Source: Paramecium tetraurelia (Eukaryota). From it: a stretch of DNA of 64,000 nt. The stretch spans positions 186,001 to 250,000 of the forward strand of contig CT868474.1 of assembly GCA_000165425.1 (NCBI GenBank), in the 5' to 3' direction. Position numbers and translations under genes: made by a program. Below, one piece after another: positions 1 to 13,523 of the stretch. The notes beneath the pieces are model-generated. The model was given only the letters and a program-made list of their open reading frames with translations. It was not told the origin of the DNA and did not search any database. The number at the start of each line of letters is the position of its first letter. Position 1 is the stretch's first letter.

Positions 1-197
1 TTGGTGAGTTTTAGGTAAGATGTTTCAGGAATATCATCTATTTCAACTTAAGCTCTAGTCTTCAACATAAATAGTTACCTAATTGTTATCAATAACCCAA
101 TGAAAAACAAAGGGAGTAAAATTTCACAAACAGAACAACAACAATTCCTCTTCCACAATATGTAGTTCTTTCTTAGTAAGGCTGTTAAGTGAGACAT
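1..197 (-). CDS. ABCA-family transporter, 5' end (runs off window)
   Basis: MSHLTALLRKNYILWKRNCCCSVCEILLPLFFIGLLITIR matches the ABCA N-terminal LLxKNxxxxxR...EILLP/TM1 motif; a 24-nt GT..AG intron follows. Confidence 0.75.
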
Positions 198-772
198 GAT
201 TTAGTAATTTATTTAATACAGACTTTCTATAAAATCAAACTCTTAAATGGGAGCGTTCTATAAAAAATTTTCATTTTTATGGAACATTTTAATTTTTCCC
301 TATTTATAGTATATTCAATAAAAACAAAATATGTATTCTGTGTAATTATATATTAAATAATAATAAATTTTGTAATTAAAATTATTTAAAACTTAAGTCT
401 ATATTTCTTAAATTTCTAAGTCGAAATCCAAATGTTTCCCCACATCATTTCTTAAGATACAGTCATATTTATAGTGTTTTATTTTAAGGTTTTAAGACTA
501 TTTCGAATGGTAATTTAGATTATAGATTTAACTGATTAGTATTCAAATTTGATCTAAAGCTTTTCACAGTGTGGAATTTCAAAAGGGTAACAAATTTACA
601 ACGGTAGAATGTTGGAAACAGAAGAAAGTTAAGAAATATTTACAAATTATATTACTATAAAATATAATTGGGGAGTGAATTAAAAATTGAATATTTTTTA
701 TTAAAGAGAAGAGGGGGGTTTATAAACTTGGTAACTCTTAACTAAATTTGAATTTTTTATTTATTTTTTGAG

Positions 773-1618
773 ATGAGCAGCAGAGACGAATTGCTTTATA
801 TGGCCAGACTCACAGAGTAAACAGAGAGATTCGAGGACATGGTTAACTACATCAAACAATTAGTTAGTGTAGGATAAGAATTGTCAGTAGAGGAGAGAAA
901 CTTGCTCTCTGTTGCTTACAAAAACAGCATTGGAGGAAGAAGAACAGCATGGAGAGTCCTGTCTAGCATTGAGAACAAGGAAGAAGGAAAGGTATAGAAA
1001 TCTCACTTTTTATTAATTCAAAAACTTATACCTTATATTAAATCATCTTTATATCATTATTGTAGGCTCAAACAAATCCAGCAAGTCAAAGAAACCTCAC
1101 ATTAATTAGATCTTACAAGAAAAAAATTGAATAGGAATTGAACGGATTTTGCAATGATGTCCTCAACCTCATCGACACATCCCTCATCAGGACAGCTACA
1201 AACTCAGAAGCTAAAGTCTTCTATTACAAGATGAAGGGAGATTATCATAGATATATCTCAGAATATTCAAGCGGAGACCAACATAAGCAAGCTGCTGATG
1301 GTGCATTGGAAGCTTATCAACAAGCCTCAAATGTTGCTAATTCAGAGCTCAAAACCACAAATCCAATTAGATTAGGTCTTGCTCTCAACTTCTCAGTTTT
1401 CTACTATGAAGTCTTGAACGACCCAACAAAGGCATGCAGCTTAGCTAAACAAGTATATATATTTTCAAAATATCTTCAAGGCTTTCGATGATGCTATCGC
1501 TGATATCGAATAAATCGAAGAATCATAATATAAGGATGCCACCACAATTATGCAATTAATTAGAGACAACCTCACTCTTTGGACTTCTGAATTAGAAGAT
1601 GAAGAAGGACCCAAATGA
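773..1618 (+). CDS. 14-3-3 protein
   Basis: [16 protein letters not shown]...[10 protein letters not shown]...[11 protein letters not shown]...[16 protein letters not shown]...[14 protein letters not shown]; introns 992-1065 and 1453-1480; in-frame TAA/TAG at Gln-compatible positions. Confidence 0.97.
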
Positions 1619-1968
1619 TAGAGGTATATGAAATATATATATATATAAAATATAAAAATATATAAATAAACACCATTAAATTAATCTAGCCTTTAATCAT
1701 AAAGGTAGATTCTTGAATCAAGTCTAGGTAAAGTTTGGGCTTAGTAAATACTTATGAAGTAAAATTTATTATATAAATATTAATATGAAAGGAAAAATCT
1801 TTTTTCTTATTTATAAACAACCATATGATATACAGCGAGTTTCCAATCTTGAATAAATTAAATGCCATTTATAAATTTTAGTACAAGTCATTTTTTTGAT
1901 TTTTAACCATTAGAGATTATTACTATTGAAAATCTTGTTTAGATTAACTTGCTTGAAATTAAACATAT

Positions 1969-2795
1969 TCAAATCTATAATTTTGTCTAAGGAAAATAAG
2001 TTAAAGGGATCTTGAAGAATGAATCTAAATAGAATAATAGTTAATAACTTAACAAATTCAGTGTTATTTATTAATTTAGGAAAGATTTAGTTAAAATGAC
2101 ATTCCAAATATAATAGATAAATTATTATGTAATTTCATTAAGCGATTGATGATAAATAATAATATAAATCATGAATGAATGTAAAAGCATATTGGAATAG
2201 ATAAATCTCCAACATTTTGAATAGTTACTTATTTTTTAATAATATTTAAGGTTTTTGGTTTGAGAATTCTTTAAGAATGAGTTGATGTACATAATATATT
2301 ATGATATTGATGTCTGATTGCAAATTTTAACTCGCAATCTTGGTTCAGAATTAATTAAATGGATTAATTTTGTTGTAATCTTATTATGAATGCAAATCCT
2401 GATTCTAAGATTCTATATTTGGTAATAAAATTTACAATGCTTGGATTCGTTAGATATTTATTTAGCTCCTATGTTATCTCTTTTTTTTAATAATTAATTA
2501 GTTAACTTAGGGATTCATTCATTTGTATTTCTGAAATTGAAGATTCAAATAAATGTAGTGGATTAATTAGTTTTTCAATGTTTAAATTGGAAATTTCTTA
2601 AAATGAATTAATTTGATTGATGATCTCCATTTGTGATTCTTCTTATTATTTTCTTACAGGAGTCTAGAGACAAGAGGCAGTGAGGATCTGCTGATTGAAG
2701 ACATCCTTTTGTTAATGTTCAAGTATTATTTGATAGAGATTCTTTGATCTTGGTTGCAGCCAAGTTGTAGTGTATTTATATTCGGTTGACTTCAT
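1969..2795 (-). CDS. hypothetical protein (3' end uncertain)
   Basis: ATG at 2795 opens a long code-6 frame (MKSTEYKYTTTWLQPRSK...); no recognisable domain. Confidence 0.35.
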
Positions 2796-2812
2796 AAATT
2801 ATAAAATAATAA

Positions 2813-3517
2813 TCAATCATTTAGTAATGCCATTCTAACATTATTTCTACAGGATGGACATAATGGTTTTGCGTTTAGCCATTCATCAATACAAGTATCA
2901 TGGAAATAATGATTACATTTCGGGAGCTGCACTACAATTTCCTCTTATTCTAATTAGCATAAACAAATTGGACAGTCTTCTGGTTATGGTACTTGGTATT
3001 CAACCCATGGTTTTCTAGTCAACTTCAATAATTCTTCTGGAGATAATCCACGATTAACTACTGGGAAGTCTCCTCTAATCAGTCCGAAAATCACGATAAG
3101 GACAAAAGTGATTATAATGCAAAAAGAAAGAGCATAGCAAAGTGCATTACAGAGTAAAAACAAATCGAAAACCCATTAACAAATCTATTAATTGTGTATT
3201 GTACTATAATGTAGATTGATCCACTGGGAGTTTAGGCTTGGAATGAATTAACAACCTTCACAGTTGCTAAGAATATTGTCATTTCATATTCAAATCTGCT
3301 TTTCTGTTTATAGAATCTACATATAAGAAATAGAAGACCTATAAAATGCAAAACAATTTTCGATTCTTATGAGCAACAACACATTAATGCTCATCAATAT
3401 TCTTGCTTAATTAGCATTCAAATTAGGCCACTCATAAATAATAAACAAAGTAAAGAGGATAGGCAGTACATATTTGAAAAGTCCTTTTATTAAAAGTCTT
3501 ATGATATTTAAGATCAT
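2813..3517 (-). CDS. transmembrane RING-H2 E3 ubiquitin ligase
   Basis: Hydrophobic segments, then CPICLC...[27 protein letters not shown] before TGA; one 20-nt intron. Confidence 0.85.
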
Positions 3518-3668
3518 TCTCAAAGTTGTTTTAGGTATAAATTTTCCTAATTTATATTTTTTAATTTAAAGAAATTCATTAAGGAATTAGAAATCAATGT
3601 ATTTTTATATAATTAATCTAATCGTATGAATAATATTTAGAAGACATAAAAATACCAAAAATATTATA

Positions 3669-4408
3669 TCATTCTGTCATTAATTATTTTTCTTTTTTAT
3701 TCATCATCAATGGCTTTTTAACCTTATTTTGGTATAATAGTCCAAGCTAAAATACTCCGAACATAATCCCTACTGTAATTACACTTATAATGTATGAAAT
3801 TCCATTTCGCCAATTGATTCCTGGATATATCTCAATTCCTGACACCAAAACATAGAACATGTTTACAATTAAATAGATAATTGCAATCACTATCAACACA
3901 ACAGATTATCTATATCTATAATATTATTTTACTTCAATTAAAATTAAATATCATTGAGTATAAAGTCCACAAAGATGAGAATGCAACTAACAAAATGCAC
4001 ATCTACATTCACCAACCATGAATTAAGTGTGTGAACATCGTCTTATGGAAATATATAGCTCCAATAAATAACCAAAATAGGTAATTCAAAGCAAAATGCT
4101 ACAATAAACAAAATATGACACAATTTCCACAAACTCTCATCAAAAAATTATTTATTAAACTTATAAAACGACACGTTCTCAATACTAACCAATCCAAAAT
4201 AAAAATAAGTAGTATAACCTCCCCATAAAGTTAAATAGAGGAAATTTTGTGAAAATGTAGGAGCCACAACACTTACTTAAATTAAAGCATAAGTCATGAA
4301 AATTGAAGCAAAAAGTCTATAGATCATTAAGTATTTAAATTAGACTCTATGAGATTAATTCATTTCATTAACAATGCCCTCATATAATAGTTGTTCTAAT
4401 TATTTCAT
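3669..4408 (-). CDS. multi-pass membrane protein, FAR-17a/AIG1/rolling-stone-like
   Basis: FLYLTLWG, HLIHGW and YPGINW motifs with several TM segments. Confidence 0.6.
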
Positions 4409-4436
4409 TTAATATAAATTATATATATAGAATTAA

Positions 4437-5969
4437 TCAATCAATGCTTCTCTATCTTATTAACATGTGATACTTAGGAACCATAGTAGATAATGTTTTA
4501 TCTTCTTCAATAAAATCATCATCAATCACAAAATAATCATTTTAAGATTAAATTAAACTTTTGAAGTATTTAGATTCAAATTAATTTTCCTCATTTTAAT
4601 TTTATTTTTATAAGAGTGGAGAATCACAAAAACTTCCCTTTTAGCCCCACAAAGGAGTGCTGCTTTTAATAATGTTATCTTAGTTTTTACAAATGCACAT
4701 TTAAGGAACTAAATTGACTGGCAGATTACAAAAAGTTTCTGTTTTTGGATTAGTAAACCATTCATGCAATAAAGCTTCCTCGGCTGTAGGTCTTTTAGAT
4801 ACATTTTCTTCTAAAAGTAATTTCACCAAACTCTAAGCTTATTCACTAATATTTTTATTGTGAAACTTATCGTAATCGATTCGACAAAAATAATTACTCA
4901 TTAATAATTCTTCACTATTTTCATAATTAGCAAATGGCATTTATCCAGTAAGTAAAACAAATAAGATCACACCTGCTGAAAAAATGTCTACTTTATGATT
5001 ATAAGCTTAGTCCTTTAAAACCTCTGGGGCAACATAACCAACTGTGCCACATTTTTAAAATAAATAGATCTTATTTTCATTGTAAATATCAGAAAGACCG
5101 AAGTCTGCAATGACAATATCTATCATATTAGATTTAGTTCTAAAAATCATGTTTTCTGGCTTGATATCTCTATGGATTATATTCTTAGCATGTAGATATT
5201 TTAAGGAATTTAAAATATTATTCATTAGATTCTAAACAACATGCTCAGAATAATCTTCCAAAGAGTTTTATACCTTCTTGAATAGATCCCCTCCTCGCAG
5301 ATGATCTATAATTAAATACACCTTTTCCGAGTCTTCAAAAACTTCATAAAGTTGAATAACATTCTCATGGTCAAGTTTTCTCATCACATCTATCTCCAAA
5401 ACCAAGCTTGCCTAAATATAATTAAGTTCATACCACTCCTTTCTCTTTTTATACTATTTTCGCTTTTTTAAAAATTTTGACAGCAAAAATGCTTGAATCT
5501 TATTTCTTCTAGATTTTGTACACTTTTGCGTGTGATCCCTACCCAATAAGTTTGAGTATCTTATAGTGCTTTAAAAAATTCCTTTGGATTGTGTATTTAG
5601 CTATGTAGGATTTCCATTTCTAAATTACGTGTTCTTCACCAAACAACTAAAAAAATTCATTTTTCCCTGACAATTACAAACCTTGTACCTAAGCTGATAT
5701 GATATTTATACTTCGTTATGAGTTATGCTCTTTAAATTTAGATTACTTATATTAACAAAACAATTAGTTGAAATCAAGTATTAATTAACCAACTAGTATT
5801 AAGGTCTGGCAATCAATTGATCACACTGATCCTTAATGTAAATTGGGCTATCATTTGGAGATTATCGTAATTGACGATCTATTTCTGAGTATGTTGGTTA
5901 ACCTTGAATCCATAAAGATCTCATTCTTGTTGGGTATTATTCAAAGATTGAATAGTCAGATGAATTCAT
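4437..5969 (-). CDS. Ser/Thr protein kinase (CAMK-like) with N-terminal extension
   Basis: GQGSHAKV, FAVK, HRDIKPEN, DFG, CGTVGYVAPE, DIFSAG motifs. Confidence 0.92.
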
Positions 5970-7385
5970 AATAAGAGAATAATAATGATTTCAAATAAAA
6001 AAACTGTCGAGTATTTATAGACAGAATTATGAATTTTTTGGATTATTAATATTCTGCTCATATAAATATACGAAATTTAGTTTTATTTAATTAAAAGCCT
6101 ATTCATTTATTAATTAGGATATTGTTATTCATATATTATAAATATTATTATTACCAAATTTAGATTTTTTAGAATTCCTCTAACAGGATTAAACTATATA
6201 ATGAAAAACATCATTATATACTTAACTGAAATACTTTCATTTTGAATAATATTATCGTTGTATTATATTTTATTTAAAATAATTTCAGAAGAGTTGGTGA
6301 ACCTTTCTAAATTGTGAAGTGTATAATTAATTTTAATCCACTAAATGATGAAATCCATTTTTTTCTTAGTTTTGTCTAAATGAAATATAATCATAAAAGA
6401 CAATAGTTTAGATTAACTTCTCCAAAATATATACTGGAATAGAAAGGAGTTATTTTGTTAGATTATAAATACGCTTCAAGATAGTTTAATTTCTATTTTA
6501 ATTGATTTTTTGACACTATTTTATTGGAATGTAAGAATTTAAATCTGAAAAATCACCTTCTAAAAGAAATAAAATGTTTCCCTAATATTTATTTATAAAT
6601 ATTTATAAAAAGCTGTTATTAAATTTTAATGTCAATTAATGATCAAATTAACTTATCTATAGATAAACAATTATCTTTAGAATAGTGTTTCCAGGAAGAA
6701 AGCCCAAATATAAAATCTCTGAAATAAGTTCTTTATTAAATAAGATGATAAATTTATAGGAGTTAGGATGAATTAGATGAAGGACTTAATTCAGAGAAAT
6801 ATTTCAGTTTAAATTAGAGTCAATTCTGATATACACCCTAAAGAATTCATATTTAAAAATTGGTATTATAAAAGTAATTAGACGATCAATGGAGAGTAAA
6901 TTGTAGTATAATTGATGATTCAGACAATGAAGATGATTAATCTAGATATATCTAACATATGAAAAAATCTTAATTAATGTCATTAAAAACCAATTTACGA
7001 AAATGATTTTATCAATAGGTATAAATCTAGAATATCAAAATGTAAACTATAAATTTATTCTGTGAAGAAAAGTTTGAATCGAGATATAAAAATTAAATAC
7101 AATTCTAATTAAGATGAATCAAATCAAGATAATATAATTCGTATACTGATTCAGTTGAAATTAAATATTTTGATAATACATAAATTTATCTAGTTAGTCG
7201 TCTTTTTACCATGCAAGGAATGTTTATTTTTATTGAATAAAGGAATGAGTTCCTAATATTGTTCTTAATATTGTAATGTGAATAAGGAAGGACCATCAAA
7301 TTAAACATTACCAAAAAGATTAGCAAAGTATTTCTTGATATTTATTTAATTTATTTTATAGATAAAACTATGTATATTAAATTAA

Positions 7386-7970
7386 TCACTAAAACTCCTT
7401 ACAAACAGTTGGATACAATGTTTTATATTATTCTAAATGAGCTATTGAAAGAGGTGGAACTTCAGGATACTTGGCGGCCAATTTTTGTAGCCATTTAGGA
7501 TCTGTTGGATCTATTAAGAATTCATAATATATTCTTGCTAAACATAATTCTATTTAAATTAGGGTATTTAATTACTTTTAAAGGCTTCTAATTAAAAATA
7601 GACAGCTGCTTGAATCAGTTATTTGAGTAGTTCACCAATAAATGGATTCACTGAGAGCATCAATTCTTTATCGTGCTAATTTAAAAATAATTAATCTGCA
7701 TTTAAAGCTCCTCCCATTATTTTTTATGGTTCAAATTTATTATGTTCATAATATTTCTTTATGTAAACAAATGCTTTATATGTTACGCAACTTTATGGGA
7801 TTTCAATGATCTTATTTAAATTTTGAATAAATTACTTCATCAGGATCATTTTCTTTCTCAAAGATTTCTTTAAAAAAACTGCTCACATTTGCAAACCTTT
7901 GGTCTATTTGTTCAATCTCTTTTTCTATCTTCAACTTAATAATTCTTAGCTCTGCTTACTGTTGATTCAT
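7386..7970 (-). CDS. Skp1-like (BTB/POZ-fold) protein
   Basis: Frame intact after removing 25- and 26-nt introns; IIEIPQSCVTYKAFVYIKKYYEH and LKQLIQAAVYFQLEAFKKLCLARI resemble Skp1 motifs. Confidence 0.7.
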
Positions 7971-7977
7971 TAATTAA

Positions 7978-9287
7978 ATGATTAATCGATAAACCCTTTT
8001 TTAGGAATGCTATCTTTTATTCCCAAAATGTACATAATATTTTGTAATATCATTTAGAAGAAGATATTTGTTATATAGTGGATAAAATAAAGGTTAGGAA
8101 AATATTTGAAGGCTAAGTTGAGTTCGATGAGAAAGAAATGGAAATCCTAAAATAATTCGAAGCATATCTAATATCTAAACGCTTTATGCCCAAGTTCTCA
8201 CTCAATTAATTTTAGGTGGACTGAGCCTTAATTGCTGAGGATGCTTTATGCTACTAAATTTAAGTTTGAAAAGACATACGCAGCCATACAGGCCTATATA
8301 TAATGGAGAAATCAAGCATTTCCACTCAAAGAAAATTAGGAAACAACAAAATTCTTAGTAACAACTGCTGACATATATTTTTTAGTCAAGTGGTTCAATT
8401 TATCTTCATGGAAGAGACAATAGATTTCGACCAATAATAGTGGTCAATGCAATTAAATTGGCAGCATAAAAAAATATCGACATCACCTTAGATTCCATGA
8501 CAATATTTCTCGAACATGTGTTATCAAATTACATGTTACCTGGATAGATAGAAAATTGGTAAAATATAAATTCCTAACTCTATAATAGGGTTGTTGTAAT
8601 GGATTTAGGAGGTTTGGGAATTACAAGTTTGCCCAGATAACAACTCTAAAGAGTATTAGATTATCTTCAAAATAACTATCGATCTAGAATGCATAAATGT
8701 TATGTAATCAACTGTCCTAGTACAATCACCTTCTCTTGGAATATTGTCAAAGGATTTTTGGAAGAAATCACTGTAAGAAAAATCTCGTTTGAAAAATCTT
8801 CAATTCCAACCGGACTGTTTGAACATTGTCATAAATCATAAGTGGAATAAAAATATGGTGGAATTTCTTTAAATATTGATAATAAATTTTGGTATTGAAA
8901 TAGTTTATTTACTTAAGGCCTCCTCATGAGATTAGTGAATAGTACTTTTTACCAACTGATAATATAACTGATATACTCATTTCAAAGCAACAATATAATC
9001 AATTATATCAATTTGGTAAACTGTCAAAGAATCGACTTTGTAAGGAGCTTCTTGAAGACATGAGATAATCCTTACAAAATACTAATACGGAATAACATTT
9101 AGACAAAAAAATGAAAGAAGAGGTACCTGATCCAGAAGAGGAACAATAAGTTATTAATGATCTCATTTAAAATAATTAAGGTTTTTACAAACCAAGAGTT
9201 GAAGAGTCATTCGATATGCCTCTTTGTGAAACTAAAATATAATTACCTTTCAATTTTATAGCTCATAAAAAAATGCTAAAATATTGA
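7978..9287 (+). CDS. CRAL-TRIO/Sec14 lipid-binding protein
   Basis: LLRMLYATKF, IYLHGRDNRFRPII, IENWVVVMDL, QNNYRSRMHKCYVINCP, QVEQKYGG; several tiny introns. Confidence 0.88.
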
Positions 9288-9446
9288 AAGGAAATTATTA
9301 TATATATATATTTCTATATTTAATATAGTAATATCATCTTCTAATCACTTAAATCTTAATTATTTATAAAGTATTAACATATTTAAATAGTATTAAGATG
9401 AATTATATGACTAATATATTAATTATATATTTCTAATTTAAATCAA

Positions 9447-10581
9447 ATGGGGAATGATTGTTCAAGTGCATGCAACGTATGCAAAAATTCAGAAACTGTT
9501 ATTGATGCCACTTCGTTTCCTAACGATTTAAAATAATATGAGAACACAAAAAATTTAGATTATACAAATGTGTCTAATTAACAATAATAACAATCACTGT
9601 AATAACAGAACTTTAGTTAATTTTAACATCAACCCCTCGTGACAGAAGAAATGCATTCTCCACATCCAGAATAGTTTAGATCTAATTCATAATTACAATA
9701 ATACTTCTCTTAAGCTGACAAATAGGAAACAACCAATTATCAAAATGATCTAAATGCATACCCAGAAAGAAGACCACCATTTACCTTTAAAAGTGGAGCT
9801 ATATATGATGGTGAATGGAGAGGCTAAGTACGAGAGGGTTTTGGACTTTAAATATGTAATCCTATGATCTGAAGCTAGGGCCTGATGGAGCTAGGTATGA
9901 AGGATAGTGGAAAGATAATAAAGCTTGTGGTTAAGGAAAATTTTGGCATGTGGATGGTGATATTTATGAAGGGGAATGGAAAGAAGATAAGGCAAATGGC
10001 TTTGGAGTTTATATACATGTGAATGGAGCTAAATATGAAGGATAATGGAAAGACGATTTATAAGATGGAAATGGAGTTGAAACTTGGGCTGATGGCTCTA
10101 AGTATGAAGGTAGTTATAAAGAAGGGAAAAAGCATGGGTTTGGTAGATATATATGGAATGATGGATCATCATATGAGGGCAATTGGATTGATAATAAAAT
10201 ATGTGGAAGAGGAATCTATTGTTGGACGGATGGTAGAGTATGAAATTATTTAATTATAAGAAATATGATGGGGAATGGTTAAATAACAATATGCATGGTA
10301 GAGGAGTCTACACTTGGAGAGATGGAAGAAGATATGAAGGAGAATATTAATATGATAAGAAACATGGTCAAGGAGTATACATATGGGCAGATGGAAGAAG
10401 TAATTAAGTATGATAAATCTAAGAATATGATGGACAATGGGCTTATGGAAAACAAAGTGGGTAGGGAAAGTATCATCTTCCTGATGGAACTATTCGTCTG
10501 GGTTTATGGGAAGATGGAAAAAGAGTTAGATGGCTGGAAGATGATGCATCAGTGAATAAAAGTAATCAATAACGTTACTGA
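9447..10581 (+). CDS. MORN-repeat protein, copy 1 (MGNDC N-terminus)
   Basis: About 10 YEGxW...GxG repeats; three 23-24-nt introns. Confidence 0.92.
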
Positions 10582-10963
10582 TCTAATCAATTTTATTTTT
10601 ATTCCATTAAATTTAATTTTTTCAATTTCTAAAAACATAAACTAAAATGTTGATATCAATATCCTGTTATTTCTGACAATCTTACAATTTCTTTTGAACC
10701 TTAGTTTTAGTATATTAAACTTCAACTAAGTTGTCCATTTCATTTTTGCAATAAAATACAAATTATTTTCATCAATAGAATTATTGCCTTTAAGTTTAGA
10801 CCTAAAAATAATAGGAGCAAACCAAATCGTCTAATATTTCGAAAGATGAAAAAGGAATATATATAATTAACAATATAGAGAATATAGAAAAGTAACTATG
10901 ACTGAAACGGAGATTTTAGGTTTTAAATGGTCTTAATCATTTTAATATATAAGTGCTACATTA

Positions 10964-10964
<1 letters not shown>

Positions 10965-10993
<29 letters not shown>
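10965..10993. repeat. (TAAA)n microsatellite
   Basis: About 7 tandem TAAA units between the two MORN copies. Confidence 0.8.
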
Positions 10994-10994
<1 letters not shown>

Positions 10995-11152
10995 GATGTA
11001 TCCCTAAAATTCTGAATGAGATTTAGAAAAGAATATTATAGTTGTTATTTAATCATTTTAAAAACAAAAGTGTTGATTTTAAAAGAAATAATTATAATTT
11101 TATATTGAATTTGTTGAGATCTAATTAATTATTAATTAAAAATATCAATAAA

Positions 11153-12197
11153 ATGTAGGAAAACTAAGACTCAATAAATTAAGATCGAAATTAATAAACT
11201 AATAATTCATAATAACAATAACTGGAATAATAGAACTTCAGTTAAGTTTAACATCAGCCTCTCGAGACAGAATAAGTAGAGTCTACATATCAGGAAGATT
11301 TTAATTCAAATTCACCATTACAATAATTATTATCTTAAGATGACAGATGGGAAACTAACAATGATCTAAATACATATCTAAAAATAAGACTACCAATTAA
11401 CTTTAAAATTGAAGCTATATATAAAGGTGAATGGAGAGGCTAAGTAAGAGAGGGTTTTGGAATTTAATTATGTAATCCTATGATCTGATACTAGGGCCTG
11501 ATGGAGCTAGGTATGAAGGATAGTGGAAAGATAATAAAGCTTGTGGTTAAGGAAAATTTTGGCATGTGGATGGTGATTATTATGAAGGGGAATGGAAAGA
11601 AGATAAGGCAAATGGCTTAGGAGTTTATATACATGTGAATGGAATTATGTATAAAGGATAATGGAAAGACGATTTATAAGATGGAAATGGAGTCGAAATT
11701 TGGGCTGAAGGCTCTAAGTATGAAGGTAGTTATAAAGAAGGGAAAAAGCATGGGTTTGGTAGATATATATGGAAAGATGGATCATCATATGAGGGCAATT
11801 GGATTGATAATAAAATCTGTGGAAGAGGAATCTATAATTGGGCAGACGGTAGAGTAAGAAACTATTTAATTATAAGAAATATGATGGGGAATGGTTAAAT
11901 AACAATATGCATGGTAGAGGAGTACACACTTGGGAAGATGGAAGAAGATATGAAGGAGAATATGAATATGATAAGAAACATGGTCAAGGAGTATACATAT
12001 AGGCAGATGGAAGAAGTAATTAAGTATGATAAATCTAAGAATATGATGGACAATGGGCTTATGGAAAACAAAGTGGGTAGGGAAAGTATTATCATCCTGA
12101 TGGAACTGTTCGACTGGGTTAATGGGAAGATGGAAAAAGAGTTAGATGGCTGGAAGATGATGCATCAGTGAATAAAAGTAATCAATAAAATTAATGA
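11153..12197 (+). CDS. MORN-repeat protein, copy 2 (tandem paralog with shorter, diverged N-terminus)
   Basis: Near-identical to copy 1 at a 1616-nt offset across the repeat region, including introns and 3' UTR; start codon inferred. Confidence 0.8.
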
Positions 12198-13523
12198 TCT
12201 AATCAATTTTATTTTTATTCCATTAAATGTAATTTTTTCAATTTCTAAAAACTTAAATTAAAATGTTGATATCAATATCCTGATATTTCTGAAAATCTTA
12301 TAATTTCTTTGAACCTTTTTTTTTAATATATTAAAAACTCAGTAAAAGTAAAAATTCTATTGAAAAAAAATTCTTTCCCAATCAATCAAAATATTGTTAT
12401 TCTTATTAATATTAACACACATATAGTATCAAATTCTTTATCTTCGTAATAAATTTTTCTAATTTCGTTTTTTTAACAATTTTTGCTAACATTTTTATCT
12501 CTTAATTGAATTAGAATTCTTACTAAGATAATTTTGAATGGTATTTTCATTATATGATGAAAGGATAAGTTGTAATTTTGCTATTTACAAATTTAAGGAT
12601 ATAATTTGAATAATTCTGTAAAATTATTAGGAAGACAATCAATTTTTATTGATTCAGATCCTTTGTTTTAAATTTCGATCATATTCCTTGGTGGTATATA
12701 AGTAATTTATCTTAATTGCATTTTATAAGTTGCTTATTAAGAGGCTCTCAGAATTAAGAACTAATGATTTGGTATTAAAGAGTAAGTGATTTCTACTAGA
12801 TTTTTAAAACTTCCTTGTAAATTTTTTCTAACTCCTTAAAGATATTCTTTTATTTTTAGGAATGTATTGCATTTTAAAAATATAAAATATGGGGAGTAAT
12901 TTAAGTCTACAGATGGTATTTTATTTCCAAAAAAATTGGTGAGATATCCATTTCAACTTCAAATTAATGTAATTAACTAGAAATTCTAGTTTATGAAAAT
13001 TCTATGTTAATTTTCCATTGTTAACTACTAAAAGACCGAAGTATTTGTATTCTTAAAATACAGGAAAGTTCATAATATCACTGAAATTTGTAGGATTGTG
13101 AAGTAAAAAAATTCCACACTTTCGTTTGTTAATCTTTAGATTAACAGTATTATTATTGTTACTATTATTATTATTATAAATAAATAAATAAATATTAATT
13201 TATTAACAGACTCAATTTGTTTGTTGTCAAACCTCTTATATAAAATAAAATTTCATAAAAATAATGTTAAAGAGATATACGAATTGATTTAACTCTAATC
13301 ATAAATTTGTAATAAAGTCCAATTAATATTAATTAAATAATCAAATAGTTTTTTACATATTAAAATCCTAAATTTAATGAAGAAACCCATCTTTCAAATC
13401 ATTATTCTAAATCCATTTTTAAACAAAATCTTAGACTTCCTATTCATTTTACTTGTTATTTTATAAAACTTGAGCTGACTAATAGAGTAATAGTATTTTA
13501 TCAAAATCGTTAATATTTTTATA

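Noticed and set aside
6200..7350. Possible plus-strand gene(s)
   Set aside because: I could not build a consistent frame; TGA interrupts every reading tried and no motif is recognisable (may be a decayed gene)
10023..12171. ORF-track proteins such as MELNMKDNG... and MVEESTLG...
   Set aside because: Off-frame or antisense readings of the MORN genes; the true frame contains TAA/TAG Gln codons
12400..13250. Possible minus-strand gene next to (TAA)n/(TAAA)n runs
   Set aside because: No coherent start, frame or domain
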